From assembly GCA_965203515.1 (NCBI GenBank), contig OZ241907.1, positions 1,664,001-1,728,000 of the forward strand: a stretch of 64,000 nt of DNA, in the 5' to 3' direction. Under the pieces are notes generated by a model that saw only the letters and a program-made list of their open reading frames with translations, was not told the DNA's origin and ran no database searches. This DNA comes from Spirochaetia bacterium. Its GTDB lineage: Bacteria; Spirochaetota; Spirochaetia; SZUA-6; Bin103. Shown piece after piece: positions 54,931 to 63,831 of this stretch (position 1 is the stretch's first letter; each line of letters begins with the position of its first letter). The position numbers and the translations under genes were made by a program.

Positions 54931-55994
54931 GAGATTGCGCCGGGCGCCTGCGTGAGACGCTGGCCGTACTGGACGTCGGACACGGCTCCAGTGCCGTCCT
55001 CTTTTCCGGGGGCGACGTGGCGGTCTTCGATACGGGACCCGGCTCCGGCCTGCTCGAGTTTCTCAAAGAGCAGAACGTCAAGCATATCAAGACCGTCTTC
55101 GTTTCGCATGCGGACCGCGATCACATCGGCGGCCTGGTCGGTCTGCTGGCCGCGAATATCATCACAGTCGAGCGGGTCGTCCTCAATACCGACAGCTCGA
55201 AAGGCTCCGCCGCGTGGGATGACCTGCTCTACGAGCTCGATGCTCGGCATCGGGCCGGAACGACCAGGTTCGACACCACGATCCGCGCAGGTGACAGCGA
55301 AGTCTTCGGGACGGTGACCGCGGCCGCGGCCGGCCCGAGTACGTATCTTACGGCAAGAGGACCCGGCAGTACAGACCGGTCCGGCAGGAGAATCACCAGT
55401 AACTCGATCAGTGCCGTGATCCGGCTCGCCGCCGACACCGGTCCGGTAGCACTCCTGACCGGTGACCTCGACATGATCGGGCTCGATGCACTGCTGCACG
55501 AGGGAGGCGCCATAGATGCGCCGGTACTGGTGTTTCCTCATCATGGCGGAGGAGTAGGCGGCAGCAATGTCGGTGGTTACGTCACCAAGCTGGTCAAGCG
55601 CGTGCGCCCGTGTGTCGTGGTGTTCTCCATCGGTCGCCGGCGGAAGGGAACGCCCGATCCTGAGATAGTCCGTTACCTTCGGGGGGCGGCGCCGGCGGCA
55701 CGCATTGTGTGCACGCAGTTGTCGCAGCACTGCGCGAAGGCGCGTCCGACGTTCGCACCGGCGCACTTGTCACCGGCGTTCGCGCTCGGTCGAAGTGACG
55801 GCGCCTGCTGTGGCGGCACGATTCTGATGCCGTTGCGTGATGCGCCCGGGATCACGCCGGACTCCGCCAATCACCTGGAATTCATCAGGAAAGCGGCTGA
55901 AACACCGTTGTGCATGGGATGGCCGATCCCCGCCGTAGAACGGCCGCTCAGGCCAAGTGCCGGGAGAAGAACCGGACCCAGTTGCGGTGCATGA
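54927..55994 (+). CDS. ComEC/Rec2-like metallo-beta-lactamase-fold hydrolase (putative nuclease)
   Basis: LDVGHG, FDTG, SHADRDHIGG, NSIS, TGD, PHHGG, FSIG; soluble; Cys-containing tail. Confidence 0.85.
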   Translation: MRDCAGRLRETLAVLDVGHGSSAVLFSGGDVAVFDTGPGSGLLEFLKEQNVKHIKTVFVSHADRDHIGGLVGLLAANIITVERVVLNTDSSKGSAAWDDLLYELDARHRAGTTRFDTTIRAGDSEVFGTVTAAAAGPSTYLTARGPGSTDRSGRRITSNSISAVIRLAADTGPVALLTGDLDMIGLDALLHEGGAIDAPVLVFPHHGGGVGGSNVGGYVTKLVKRVRPCVVVFSIGRRRKGTPDPEIVRYLRGAAPAARIVCTQLSQHCAKARPTFAPAHLSPAFALGRSDGACCGGTILMPLRDAPGITPDSANHLEFIRKAAETPLCMGWPIPAVERPLRPSAGRRTGPSCGA

Positions 55995-57060
55995 CGTCGG
56001 TCACCTGTTCGTCGTCGTAGCCGCGGCGGGTCAGCACGTCGGCCAGCCGGCGGTAGTCGACCACGGTGTCGATCTCCGCCGGCGCGCCGGCGCGTCCGCC
56101 CTGGCCGTCGGTGTCCCCGCCGATGCCGGCGTGGCGCGCGTCGCCGGCGAGCTGACAGACGTGATCGACGTGGTCGGCAAGATCGTCGAGCGTGACGTCG
56201 GCCTTGCCGAACGGCCGTTGCAGCCCCTCGACGTTGGCCCAATCGATGCCGCCGCGGTACAGCATGGCGGTGTCCATCGACACCCCGATCACGCCGTCCC
56301 GCTCGATGATCGCCCGCAGGATTGCGTCGGGGAACTGCCGCTCACCGGGTACGATCGCCCGGCAGTTCTGGTGCGTGGCGATCACCGGGCCGTCGAACCG
56401 GTCGAGCGCCTGCGTGATGGTCGCGTCGGAGGCATGCGTGGCATCCAGCACGATGCCCAGCCGCCGCATGTCCGCCAGCAGCCGGCCGGCCGGTGGAAAC
56501 AGCCCGCCGTCGGTACCCGTGCCGGTGCCGTGTCCGTACGCGCTGGTGTCGTAGTGGGTCAGGCTGACGATGCGCAAGCCGGCCGCGTGGTACTCCTCCA
56601 GCGACTCCGTATCCAGGATCGGATCGGCGCCCTCCAGCCCCAGGATCACGCCCACCGGCAGGTCGTCGAAGCCGCTCCCCGCGCGCTCCGCATCCTCCCA
56701 GCTCCGCACGTGCGCGGCCAGGTCGGCCGCCGATTTCAGGACGCGGTAGCGCCCGCGCCGCTCCATGATCCGGTAATAGGCGATCTGGCCCCAGGTCTCC
56801 GCGTAGGCCAGCTCGCCGGAGCGGTGCCCCCAGAGCTGCGCCCCCGGACGATGGATGCGCGCGGTCAGCTTGCCGATGAAGGCGGCGATGCCGGCGCGCC
56901 GCTGCTCCGGGACCGACGCCATCAGTTCCGTCTGATAGCCCAGGTCCTCGCTCGCCATCCCCGCCGGCGGCGCGGAGCGCACCGCCTCGATCGGCTGGGT
57001 GAGGTCGGCGTTGAGCCGCGCCGCCACGTTGACCGGATAGTCGCCGTCGAAGATCAGCAT
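55948..57060 (-). CDS. Membrane dipeptidase (M19) family amidohydrolase
   Basis: LGLEGAD, SLTH, DATH, THQNCR, GIGGDTDG, NWVRF. Confidence 0.85.
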   Translation of the reverse strand: MLIFDGDYPVNVAARLNADLTQPIEAVRSAPPAGMASEDLGYQTELMASVPEQRRAGIAAFIGKLTARIHRPGAQLWGHRSGELAYAETWGQIAYYRIMERRGRYRVLKSAADLAAHVRSWEDAERAGSGFDDLPVGVILGLEGADPILDTESLEEYHAAGLRIVSLTHYDTSAYGHGTGTGTDGGLFPPAGRLLADMRRLGIVLDATHASDATITQALDRFDGPVIATHQNCRAIVPGERQFPDAILRAIIERDGVIGVSMDTAMLYRGGIDWANVEGLQRPFGKADVTLDDLADHVDHVCQLAGDARHAGIGGDTDGQGGRAGAPAEIDTVVDYRRLADVLTRRGYDDEQVTDVMHRNWVRFFSRHLA

Positions 57061-57082
57061 TTCCGCGCCTCCGCTCGCCCAG

Positions 57083-58117
57083 TCAGGCGCCGGTCCAGTC
57101 GAACACGACGTTGACCATGCTCTTATCGCGCTTGAAGGCCATGTCGTACGCCTGCCGCATCTCGGTGTAGTGGAGCCGATGGGTGATCAGCTTGCTGGGC
57201 TCGAGCACGCCGTCCGCCATGAGCTGCAGCACGTGAGGCCGGTGATGGCGCGTGCCGGAGGTCGTGCCCGCACGCGCGGCCGGGCGCGGATACAGGCTGG
57301 GATCGCCGCCGCTGACGGCGATCAGGGTCACCGCCTTGTCGTAGAAGAGCTGCATCGACAGCGGGTTGAAGTCGAGCGCCTCCTCGCCGCGGCCGAGCAG
57401 GCTGACGATCGCCACGCGGCCGTCGTAGCGCACGATCTCCAGCGACGTCCGATACGCCGGCCACGGGTTCGCGGTCAGGATCACCAGGTCGATGCCGCGC
57501 CCGTCGCTGAACCGGTCGAGCTTGGCGCGCAGGTCCGGGTCGTCGGACATGAGCGCCTCGTGCGCTCCCATGGTGCGCGCCGCCCGCAGGCGGATGTCGC
57601 TGTTGCCCAACGCGACGGTGCGGGCGCCGAACAGCGGACCCAGCGCCACCGCGCCGAGCCCCAGGGTGCCCAGGCCCACCACCGCCACCGTCTCTCCCGG
57701 CCGGAACAGCGCCTTGTGGTAGCAGAGCGCGCTCAGCGCATAGAGGTTGGCGTACACCGCGTCCTCGTCGGCGGCGCCGTCCGGGACCTTGGCGGGATCT
57801 TCGCCCGCCTGCTGGACGTACATCGACTGGTGCCAGGCGCCGGAGACCACCCGATCGCCGACTGCGAGGTGCCGCACCGCGCTCCCCACCCCGCGTACGA
57901 TGCCGAGGTTGCTGTCGCCGACCCCGCGCGGGTAGTCGGGCGCGCCGGGAACCCGTTCCGCCCCCTCGTAGTTGCCCCGGTCGGTTCCGATCTTCAGCGC
58001 GCTGACCGTCGTCTGCACCCACACTTCGTCCGGCGCCAGGTTGTCGGTATCGAGGGTATCCTCCTCGATGCGCAGGTCGCCGGGTCCGTAGAGGACCGCT
58101 TTCTTGCAGATCGTCAT
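57083..58117 (-). CDS. Medium-chain (zinc-binding-type) dehydrogenase
   Basis: VSALKIGTD, GDRV, VGLGTLG, GIDLVI, LITHR. Confidence 0.85.
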   Translation of the reverse strand: MTICKKAVLYGPGDLRIEEDTLDTDNLAPDEVWVQTTVSALKIGTDRGNYEGAERVPGAPDYPRGVGDSNLGIVRGVGSAVRHLAVGDRVVSGAWHQSMYVQQAGEDPAKVPDGAADEDAVYANLYALSALCYHKALFRPGETVAVVGLGTLGLGAVALGPLFGARTVALGNSDIRLRAARTMGAHEALMSDDPDLRAKLDRFSDGRGIDLVILTANPWPAYRTSLEIVRYDGRVAIVSLLGRGEEALDFNPLSMQLFYDKAVTLIAVSGGDPSLYPRPAARAGTTSGTRHHRPHVLQLMADGVLEPSKLITHRLHYTEMRQAYDMAFKRDKSMVNVVFDWTGA

Positions 58118-59553
58118 GGCGAGTCTCCCTCCTTATGCTCCTCGGCCTCGGCCGGATGCTCCTCGGCCGGATGCTCCTTGGACAGATGCGCCTGCAGACG
58201 CTGCGCCTGCTTGCGGCTGCCGATGTGGAGCTTCCGGTATGCCTCTTCCGAGGACGCGAACGGCGCGTCGCCGGTGCCGTGCCAGCCGAGCTGGGTGAAC
58301 ATCGGGTTGCGGCGGCCGGTCTGCGCCTCGCGCCGCTCGACGTGGGCCGCCATCCGCTCCTCCAGCAGGGCGACCACGGCCGGTTCCCGATCGGCCAGGT
58401 TCTCCGTCTCATCCGGGTCGCGCACCAGGTTGTACAACTCCACCTCCGGCTTGCGGTGGAAGTCGGGCTCCAGGGCGCGGATCAGCTTCCACTCGGGCGT
58501 GCGCCAGCCGTGCTTGCGCATCCAGGTCGCCTCCGTCAGGTAGAGCTCGGTCTCCGGGACGAACGGCTCACCGCGCGCCGGCGGCAGCAGGCTGCGGCCG
58601 TCGAACTCCAGCCCCGCGTCGACGCCCAGCAAGTCGAGCATGGTGGGCGTCATGTCCCTGGTCTGCACCCACGGATCGACCCGCGCCCCGGCGGGCAGCT
58701 TGCCGGGCGCGCGGATGATCAGCGGCACCACCAGATTCGAGTCGTACAGGCCGTGATGGTCGTACCAGCACTCATGCTCGTTCAGGGTCTCGCCGTGATC
58801 GGCGGTGACCACCACCACCGTGTTCTCCGCCAGCCCGAGCTCGTCGAGCACCGTGAACAGCCGGCCGATCGCGGCGTCCATGTAGGCGACCGCCCCGTCG
58901 TACAGGCTGTCGACGAACCGGGCGTCGGTGACCTTGCCGGGAAACCAGGACCTGAAGTAATCCGCGAACGGCGCGAACGCGTACAGGCGGTCGAGCGAGC
59001 GATTGGCGGGGTCGAGCTCGTCGCCCTCGTAGAAGAGACGGTCGAACGGCGCCGGCGGCAGGTACGGGCTGTGCGGGTCCATGTGACGCAGGAACAGAAA
59101 GAACGGATCGCCGCCGGCGGCGGCCGTGCGCAGATACGGGACGGCCACCTCGTTCAGGGCGTGCGCCTTGGGCATCGCGCCGCCGGGCGCGTCCCCCCAG
59201 CCTTCGTACTCCAGATAGGTCCGGAAGCCGCGCGACGCCGGATTGCCGGGAAACCCCACGCAGCAGGTCGAGTAGCCGGCCCGCTCCAGGATCTCGGGCA
59301 GCATCGGCGCGGCCACGTCGCCCTTGTGGCGCAGGCCCACCACGCCGGTGCCGAAGCAGTCGCGCCCGGTGAGCATCGACGCGTAGGCCGGCGTGGTCGG
59401 CACGCTCGGGCTGAAGGGGCGGCGGAACATCGTCCCCTGCTCGGCGAAGCGGGCGAGGTGCGGCGTGGTGAGGCGATGGTAGCCGTACAGGCTCATGTGA
59501 TCGCGACGCAGGCTGTCGATGGCGATCAGCAGCAGGTTCGGTCGAGCGGCCAT
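58114..59553 (-). CDS. Sulfatase / alkaline-phosphatase superfamily hydrolase
   Basis: PNLLLIAIDSLRRDH, TTPAYASMLTG, DPHSPY, YDGAVAYMD, TADHGE, ELYNL..DPDE..NLA. Confidence 0.88.
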   Translation of the reverse strand: MAARPNLLLIAIDSLRRDHMSLYGYHRLTTPHLARFAEQGTMFRRPFSPSVPTTPAYASMLTGRDCFGTGVVGLRHKGDVAAPMLPEILERAGYSTCCVGFPGNPASRGFRTYLEYEGWGDAPGGAMPKAHALNEVAVPYLRTAAAGGDPFFLFLRHMDPHSPYLPPAPFDRLFYEGDELDPANRSLDRLYAFAPFADYFRSWFPGKVTDARFVDSLYDGAVAYMDAAIGRLFTVLDELGLAENTVVVVTADHGETLNEHECWYDHHGLYDSNLVVPLIIRAPGKLPAGARVDPWVQTRDMTPTMLDLLGVDAGLEFDGRSLLPPARGEPFVPETELYLTEATWMRKHGWRTPEWKLIRALEPDFHRKPEVELYNLVRDPDETENLADREPAVVALLEERMAAHVERREAQTGRRNPMFTQLGWHGTGDAPFASSEEAYRKLHIGSRKQAQRLQAHLSKEHPAEEHPAEAEEHKEGDSP

Positions 59554-60356
59554 CAGCGTGCTCCCAGCGCCTTGAGGCAGGCGTTGAGGTAGCCGGCGCT
59601 CTCGGCGGCGATGGTGGCGCTCAGCGCCGGATCGTCCCAGGTCTGGGCGCCGATCACCTCCAGGCTCAGCGCGCCGTCGTAGCCGGCCTCCACGAGCACC
59701 CGGCAGTAGCCGGCCAGGTCGATCTGACCGCGGCCGCACGCCTGTTGCGCGGGAGGTCCGGGCGAGGGGTCGCGCGACGGGCAGTCGCGGACGTGCACGT
59801 GCCGCACGCGGGCGACCACGGCGCGCAGCGCCTCCACCACGTCCTCGCCCGCGCGGTGGATGTGGCTGGGGTCCATGTTGACGCCGAATCCGGGCGAGTC
59901 GATCGCCTCCATGGCGGCCAGCGTGGTCGGCGTGTCGTGGACGGCGCTGCCGACGTGCGCCTTCAGGCAGAGGGTGACCCCGTGCCGGTGCGCTTCGTCG
60001 GCCAGCGCCGCGATCCGCTCCACGGCGGCGTCGAGCGAGTCCCGGTCGCCGGCGGCGCCGCCGGAGCCGATGCAGACCACGGGGATGCCGAGCTCGGCAG
60101 CCGCCTCGAAGGCAAGGCGCAGGCGCTCCTCATTCAGGGCCGACTCCTCCATGGCGAGCGCCTGCAGGCCGTGGTCGTCGAGGACCGCGCGCAGCTCGGC
60201 CGCCTGCCGGCGCCAGCTCGACAGTTTCAGGTGCTCGCACATACCGGCCAGGGCCGCGACCTCGACCCCGTCGTAACCGGCCGCGGACAACAGGCGCGCC
60301 GCGGCCGCGAATCCGGACCGGCCGAAGAGAACGGTGTTCGCTGACAGCTTGATCAT
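59553..60356 (-). CDS. Sugar phosphate isomerase/epimerase (xylose isomerase-like TIM barrel)
   Basis: GYDGVE, NMDPSH, HVHVRD, GYDGALSLE. Confidence 0.88.
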   Translation of the reverse strand: MIKLSANTVLFGRSGFAAAARLLSAAGYDGVEVAALAGMCEHLKLSSWRRQAAELRAVLDDHGLQALAMEESALNEERLRLAFEAAAELGIPVVCIGSGGAAGDRDSLDAAVERIAALADEAHRHGVTLCLKAHVGSAVHDTPTTLAAMEAIDSPGFGVNMDPSHIHRAGEDVVEALRAVVARVRHVHVRDCPSRDPSPGPPAQQACGRGQIDLAGYCRVLVEAGYDGALSLEVIGAQTWDDPALSATIAAESAGYLNACLKALGAR

Positions 60357-60415
60357 GGCAGCGCATCTTGTCACTTCGGACGGCCGCGGCGCCACCGGGC
60401 GCGCTGCCGAGGCGC

Positions 60416-60444
60416 TTGACCGCCGCTCCCGTCCGCCGTATGTT
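60416..60444 (+). promoter_or_regulatory. Sigma70-type promoter of the RNA ligase gene
   Basis: TTGACC-17 nt-TATGTT, 11 nt before the ATG. Confidence 0.55.
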
Positions 60445-60455
60445 CGGGTGCTCCC

Positions 60456-61508
60456 ATGGCATTCGAGTCACGAGTCTACGCCCTGCGTATCGAGCCGCAC
60501 CCCAACGCCGACCGCCTGGAGCTGGCGGCGATCGGCGGCTTCCGTTGCGTCGTCGGCAAGGACAGCTACGTCGACGGCGACCTGGCCGCGTACATCCCGG
60601 AAGGGGCGGTCTGTCCCGAATGGCTGATCGCGGAGCTGGGGCTGGAAGGCAAGCTGGCCGGCAGCAAGAAGAACCGCGTCAAGGCGGTGCAGCTCCGCGG
60701 CGCGCTTTCGCAGGGGTTGGTCTATCCGGTCCGCGACGGGATGATCCGCGGGCGGCAGGTCGCCGAAGGGGACGAAGTCACCGAGCTGCTGGAGCTGGTC
60801 AAGTACGAACCGCCGATCCCGATCTCCATGCAGGGCGAGGTGCGGTCCGCGCACGGCGCCACCCTCCACTACGACATCGAGGACTTCAAGAAATACCCGG
60901 AGGAGTTCCGGGACGGGGACCCGGTGATGGTCACGGAGAAGCTGCACGGCACGTGGTGCTGCCTGGGCTGGCACGCCGACCACGGCCCGATCGTCACCTC
61001 CAAGGGTATGTCGGACAAGGGCATGGCGCTGCTGATCGACGACGCGAACAAGACCAATCTGTACGTGCGCACGTGGCGCGCGCATCAGGAGGCGTTCGAG
61101 TCGGCGCGCGCCCGCCTTGCCGGCGACGGCCGGCCGTTCTACGTCCTGGGCGAGGTGTACGGCCGCGGCGTGCAGGACCTCCATTACGGGGAGCCCAACC
61201 CGGCGTTCCGGGTGTTCGATGCGTACCTGGGCGAACCGGGAACCGGCCGCTACCTGAACCCGGAGGAACTGGCGGAATCGCTGAGCGATCTGTTTCCGCT
61301 GGTGCCGGAGCTCTATCGCGGCCCGTTCAGCCTGGCGAAGCTGCAGGAGCTCACCGACGGCGCCACCACGCTCGGCGGCGGCCACGTACGCGAAGGCGTG
61401 GTCGTGAGGCCGGCCATGGAGCGCGTGTCGCACGCCTGCGGACGGGTGATCCTGAAGAGCGTCTCCGGCAAGTACCTGACGCGCAAGGGCGGCACGGAGT
61501 TCAACTGA
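60456..61508 (+). CDS. RNA ligase, DRB0094/Rnl5 family
   Basis: N-terminal HPNADRLELA OB-like module; motif I EKLHGT, GEVYG, FRVFD, REGVV, LKSVS. Confidence 0.88.
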   Translation: MAFESRVYALRIEPHPNADRLELAAIGGFRCVVGKDSYVDGDLAAYIPEGAVCPEWLIAELGLEGKLAGSKKNRVKAVQLRGALSQGLVYPVRDGMIRGRQVAEGDEVTELLELVKYEPPIPISMQGEVRSAHGATLHYDIEDFKKYPEEFRDGDPVMVTEKLHGTWCCLGWHADHGPIVTSKGMSDKGMALLIDDANKTNLYVRTWRAHQEAFESARARLAGDGRPFYVLGEVYGRGVQDLHYGEPNPAFRVFDAYLGEPGTGRYLNPEELAESLSDLFPLVPELYRGPFSLAKLQELTDGATTLGGGHVREGVVVRPAMERVSHACGRVILKSVSGKYLTRKGGTEFN

Positions 61509-61532
61509 CTCCGAAAGGCCGGCTCCCCTTCT

Positions 61533-62681
61533 TTACGACGCCTCGCCGGCGAGGCGCCGGATCAGGTCCGGGAGGCTGACGAAGCGGACGCTGAAACCCG
61601 GAAAGTCACGCACCCAGGAGCGTTCCGTGTCCGCAGTCACGACGTAGTTGGCGCCGGTGGGATAGCGGGCGCGGAAGGCGCGCAGGTTCCGGGGATCGAA
61701 TCCGCCGGCGCGCCACTTGCACTCCACGGTCACCGGGGGCGCGGCGCGATCGTCGATCACGAAGTCGATCTCATGGCCGCGCTTGTCGCGCCAGTAGCAA
61801 AGCCGACGCCGTTGCAGGCGTCCGAGGTATTCGTTGAGCACGCAGTGCTCCCACAGGGAGCCGCGATCCTCGTCGCGCAGCCGGTTCCAGCCCATGAACA
61901 GGCTGACGAAGCCGGTATCGAAGCCGTAGACCTTGGGCGTCGCCACGATCTCCGTCGCGCGGCGCGTGCTGAAGGGCCGAACGATCTGCACGACGTGGGT
62001 ATCTTCGAGCACCTGCAGATAGTTGACGATGGTGGCGCGGCTCACCTCGCACGAGGCGGCGTACCTGGTCGCCTCGAACAACCCGCCGCTGGCGGCGAAC
62101 AACAACTCCACGAAGCGCAGGAAGGACCAGCGCCGTTGCAGCCGGAAGTGCTCCTGGATGTCCCGCGCCCAGTAGGAGTCGATCCAGTCCTGAAACCCGC
62201 GCTCCGGAAACTCGGAAGCAAGGAAGAAGGGGGGCAGCCCGCCGTGCAGAAAGCGGTGATCGATGCCGCGCGGGCCGAACTCGTGCTCGTCCTGGAGCAG
62301 CATCGGCGTCATCCACAGATCGCGCTTGCGGTCGGTGAGCGTATCCCGAAATCGGCGCGACGCTCCCAGTGACGAGGAGCCGGTAGCGACGATCTGCGTA
62401 TCGGGATGGTAATCCGCCGCGATCTTCAGCAGCTCGGACGGATTGGGCAGACGGTGTATCTCGTCCAGCACGACCCGCCGCGCACCGACGTCACGCAGGA
62501 AGCTCTCAGGGGACTCCAGCGCGCGGCGGGTGCTCGGCAGTTCGCAGTCGAGGTACTCGACGTCCGGCAGAGACTGACACAGGACCGTCTTGCCGGCGCG
62601 GCGGACCCCCGACAGCCAGACGACCGACTTCTCGCGCCACAGCTTCTCTACGGCCGCGATCCAGTAGCTTCTCCGTACCAT
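61533..62681 (-). CDS. AAA_14 ATPase + DUF4143 protein
   Basis: GVRRAGKT, LDEIH, TGSS, GGLP, PKVYGFDTG, EIDFV, VECK. Confidence 0.9.
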   Translation of the reverse strand: MVRRSYWIAAVEKLWREKSVVWLSGVRRAGKTVLCQSLPDVEYLDCELPSTRRALESPESFLRDVGARRVVLDEIHRLPNPSELLKIAADYHPDTQIVATGSSSLGASRRFRDTLTDRKRDLWMTPMLLQDEHEFGPRGIDHRFLHGGLPPFFLASEFPERGFQDWIDSYWARDIQEHFRLQRRWSFLRFVELLFAASGGLFEATRYAASCEVSRATIVNYLQVLEDTHVVQIVRPFSTRRATEIVATPKVYGFDTGFVSLFMGWNRLRDEDRGSLWEHCVLNEYLGRLQRRRLCYWRDKRGHEIDFVIDDRAAPPVTVECKWRAGGFDPRNLRAFRARYPTGANYVVTADTERSWVRDFPGFSVRFVSLPDLIRRLAGEAS

Positions 62682-62799
62682 GTGTAAACCAGGATGTCAC
62701 ATGGTGGCACCATATGTCAATCATGGTGGCGTTCGGTAGCAGTTGCGCCATCTTCCCGGACGCGACGGAACCGCGGTGGTGCGTGTGGCTGAACTGAAG

Positions 62800-63063
62800 T
62801 CAGCGCTCCCGATCTGACGCGTGGGTCTGTCGGCGGAGCAACTCGAACGCCTGCTGGCCGATGCCGGTAGCCTGCTCGATGATCGACCACTCGACGCCGG
62901 CGCGCAGAAAACTCTCGATGGTGGCCACCTGGCCTTCCTGGCGGCCCTCCTGGCGGCCTTCCTGGCGGCCCTCCTGGCGGCCTTCCTGACGGCCTTCCTG
63001 ACGGCCTTCCTGACGGCCTTTCAGCACGCCTTCCTGGATCAACTGCTCCCCATACGTCTTCAT
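62800..63063 (-). CDS. Putative intragenic in-frame small protein (RpnS-type antitoxin), 87 aa
   Basis: AGGAGG-GGAT-ATG inside the rpn gene, starting MKTYGEQLIQEG. Confidence 0.6.
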   Translation of the reverse strand: MKTYGEQLIQEGVLKGRQEGRQEGRQEGRQEGRQEGRQEGRQEGQVATIESFLRAGVEWSIIEQATGIGQQAFELLRRQTHASDRER

Positions 63064-63831
63064 ATCCCCTCCTGGTCCCCGTACTTCCCGCCGCAGCGCC
63101 GCGCCGAACTCCCGCAACCTCTCATCATCCTGCGTGCGGAGCACGTACAACACCACCACCGCGAACCGTTCGCTCTGTCCCGCCCGGTCCAACTCTCCCA
63201 TGAGCTGCACCGCCGTCTCCAGCGCCGCCCTCACCTCGCGGCGCGCCGCCGCCATCAGCGCAAGCTGTGCTATCCGGCCCAGCGTTTCGCCCTGTACCGC
63301 TCCCACCCCCATCTGCGACTGGTCCACCAGCAGGTGCTCGAACTGCGGCGTCCAGGGCCACCCTCTGACCGATTCCGCAAACAAGTCGCTGAACTGAGCC
63401 GCATGTCGCCAGTGGGACTCACCCTGATAGAACACCACCGGCACGATCGGCGGCAAGTCCGGCGTCTCCCCTGCTTCGTCAGAGCGCAAGAAATCATCCC
63501 AGATGCGGCAGCAGTACTTCAGCAGCCGGAAGCGCATCAATCGATCCGGCCTCGATTGGTGCTCGAACAGCAGATAGAGCCGCAGCGAACGCCGCGCGTC
63601 ACCCGGCTCGGCGGCGCCCGGTCGCTGCTCGATGGCATACAGCAGGTCGGACTCGCTGGCGCGCAGGTCGTCGTCCACATAGCTGTCGGGCATCAGCGTC
63701 AGGCTGGCCCAGTCCAGCGTACCGGCGAGCCACGACGGCACGTGGGCGCGCAGCAAGCCAGCCGCTTCGGCCGGCTCGGAGAACACCTTGCGAAACAGAT
63801 GGTCGTGCGGCTGGTGCAGATCGCGTGTCAT
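62800..63831 (-). CDS. Rpn family recombination-promoting nuclease / putative transposase (PD-(D/E)XK)
   Basis: HDHLFRKVFS, ESDLLY, LFEHQS, PIVPVVFYQG, C-terminal GRQE repeats. Confidence 0.92.
   Translation of the reverse strand: MTRDLHQPHDHLFRKVFSEPAEAAGLLRAHVPSWLAGTLDWASLTLMPDSYVDDDLRASESDLLYAIEQRPGAAEPGDARRSLRLYLLFEHQSRPDRLMRFRLLKYCCRIWDDFLRSDEAGETPDLPPIVPVVFYQGESHWRHAAQFSDLFAESVRGWPWTPQFEHLLVDQSQMGVGAVQGETLGRIAQLALMAAARREVRAALETAVQLMGELDRAGQSERFAVVVLYVLRTQDDERLREFGAALRREVRGPGGDMKTYGEQLIQEGVLKGRQEGRQEGRQEGRQEGRQEGRQEGRQEGQVATIESFLRAGVEWSIIEQATGIGQQAFELLRRQTHASDRER
62935..63018 (-). repeat. 12-bp coding repeat x7 (GRQE)
   Basis: GGCCG(T/C)CAGGA(A/G) units. Confidence 0.92.

Noticed and set aside
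54927..55994. MBL gene as competence comEC or an antibiotic-resistance beta-lactamase
   Set aside because: No membrane competence domain or signal peptide; coupled to methylase and kinase genes
61509..61535. Possible terminator after the RNA ligase
   Set aside because: Stem is short and mismatched, with a weak U-tract
62935..63018. 12-bp repeats as CRISPR or iterons
   Set aside because: They encode the GRQE tract typical of Rpn C-termini
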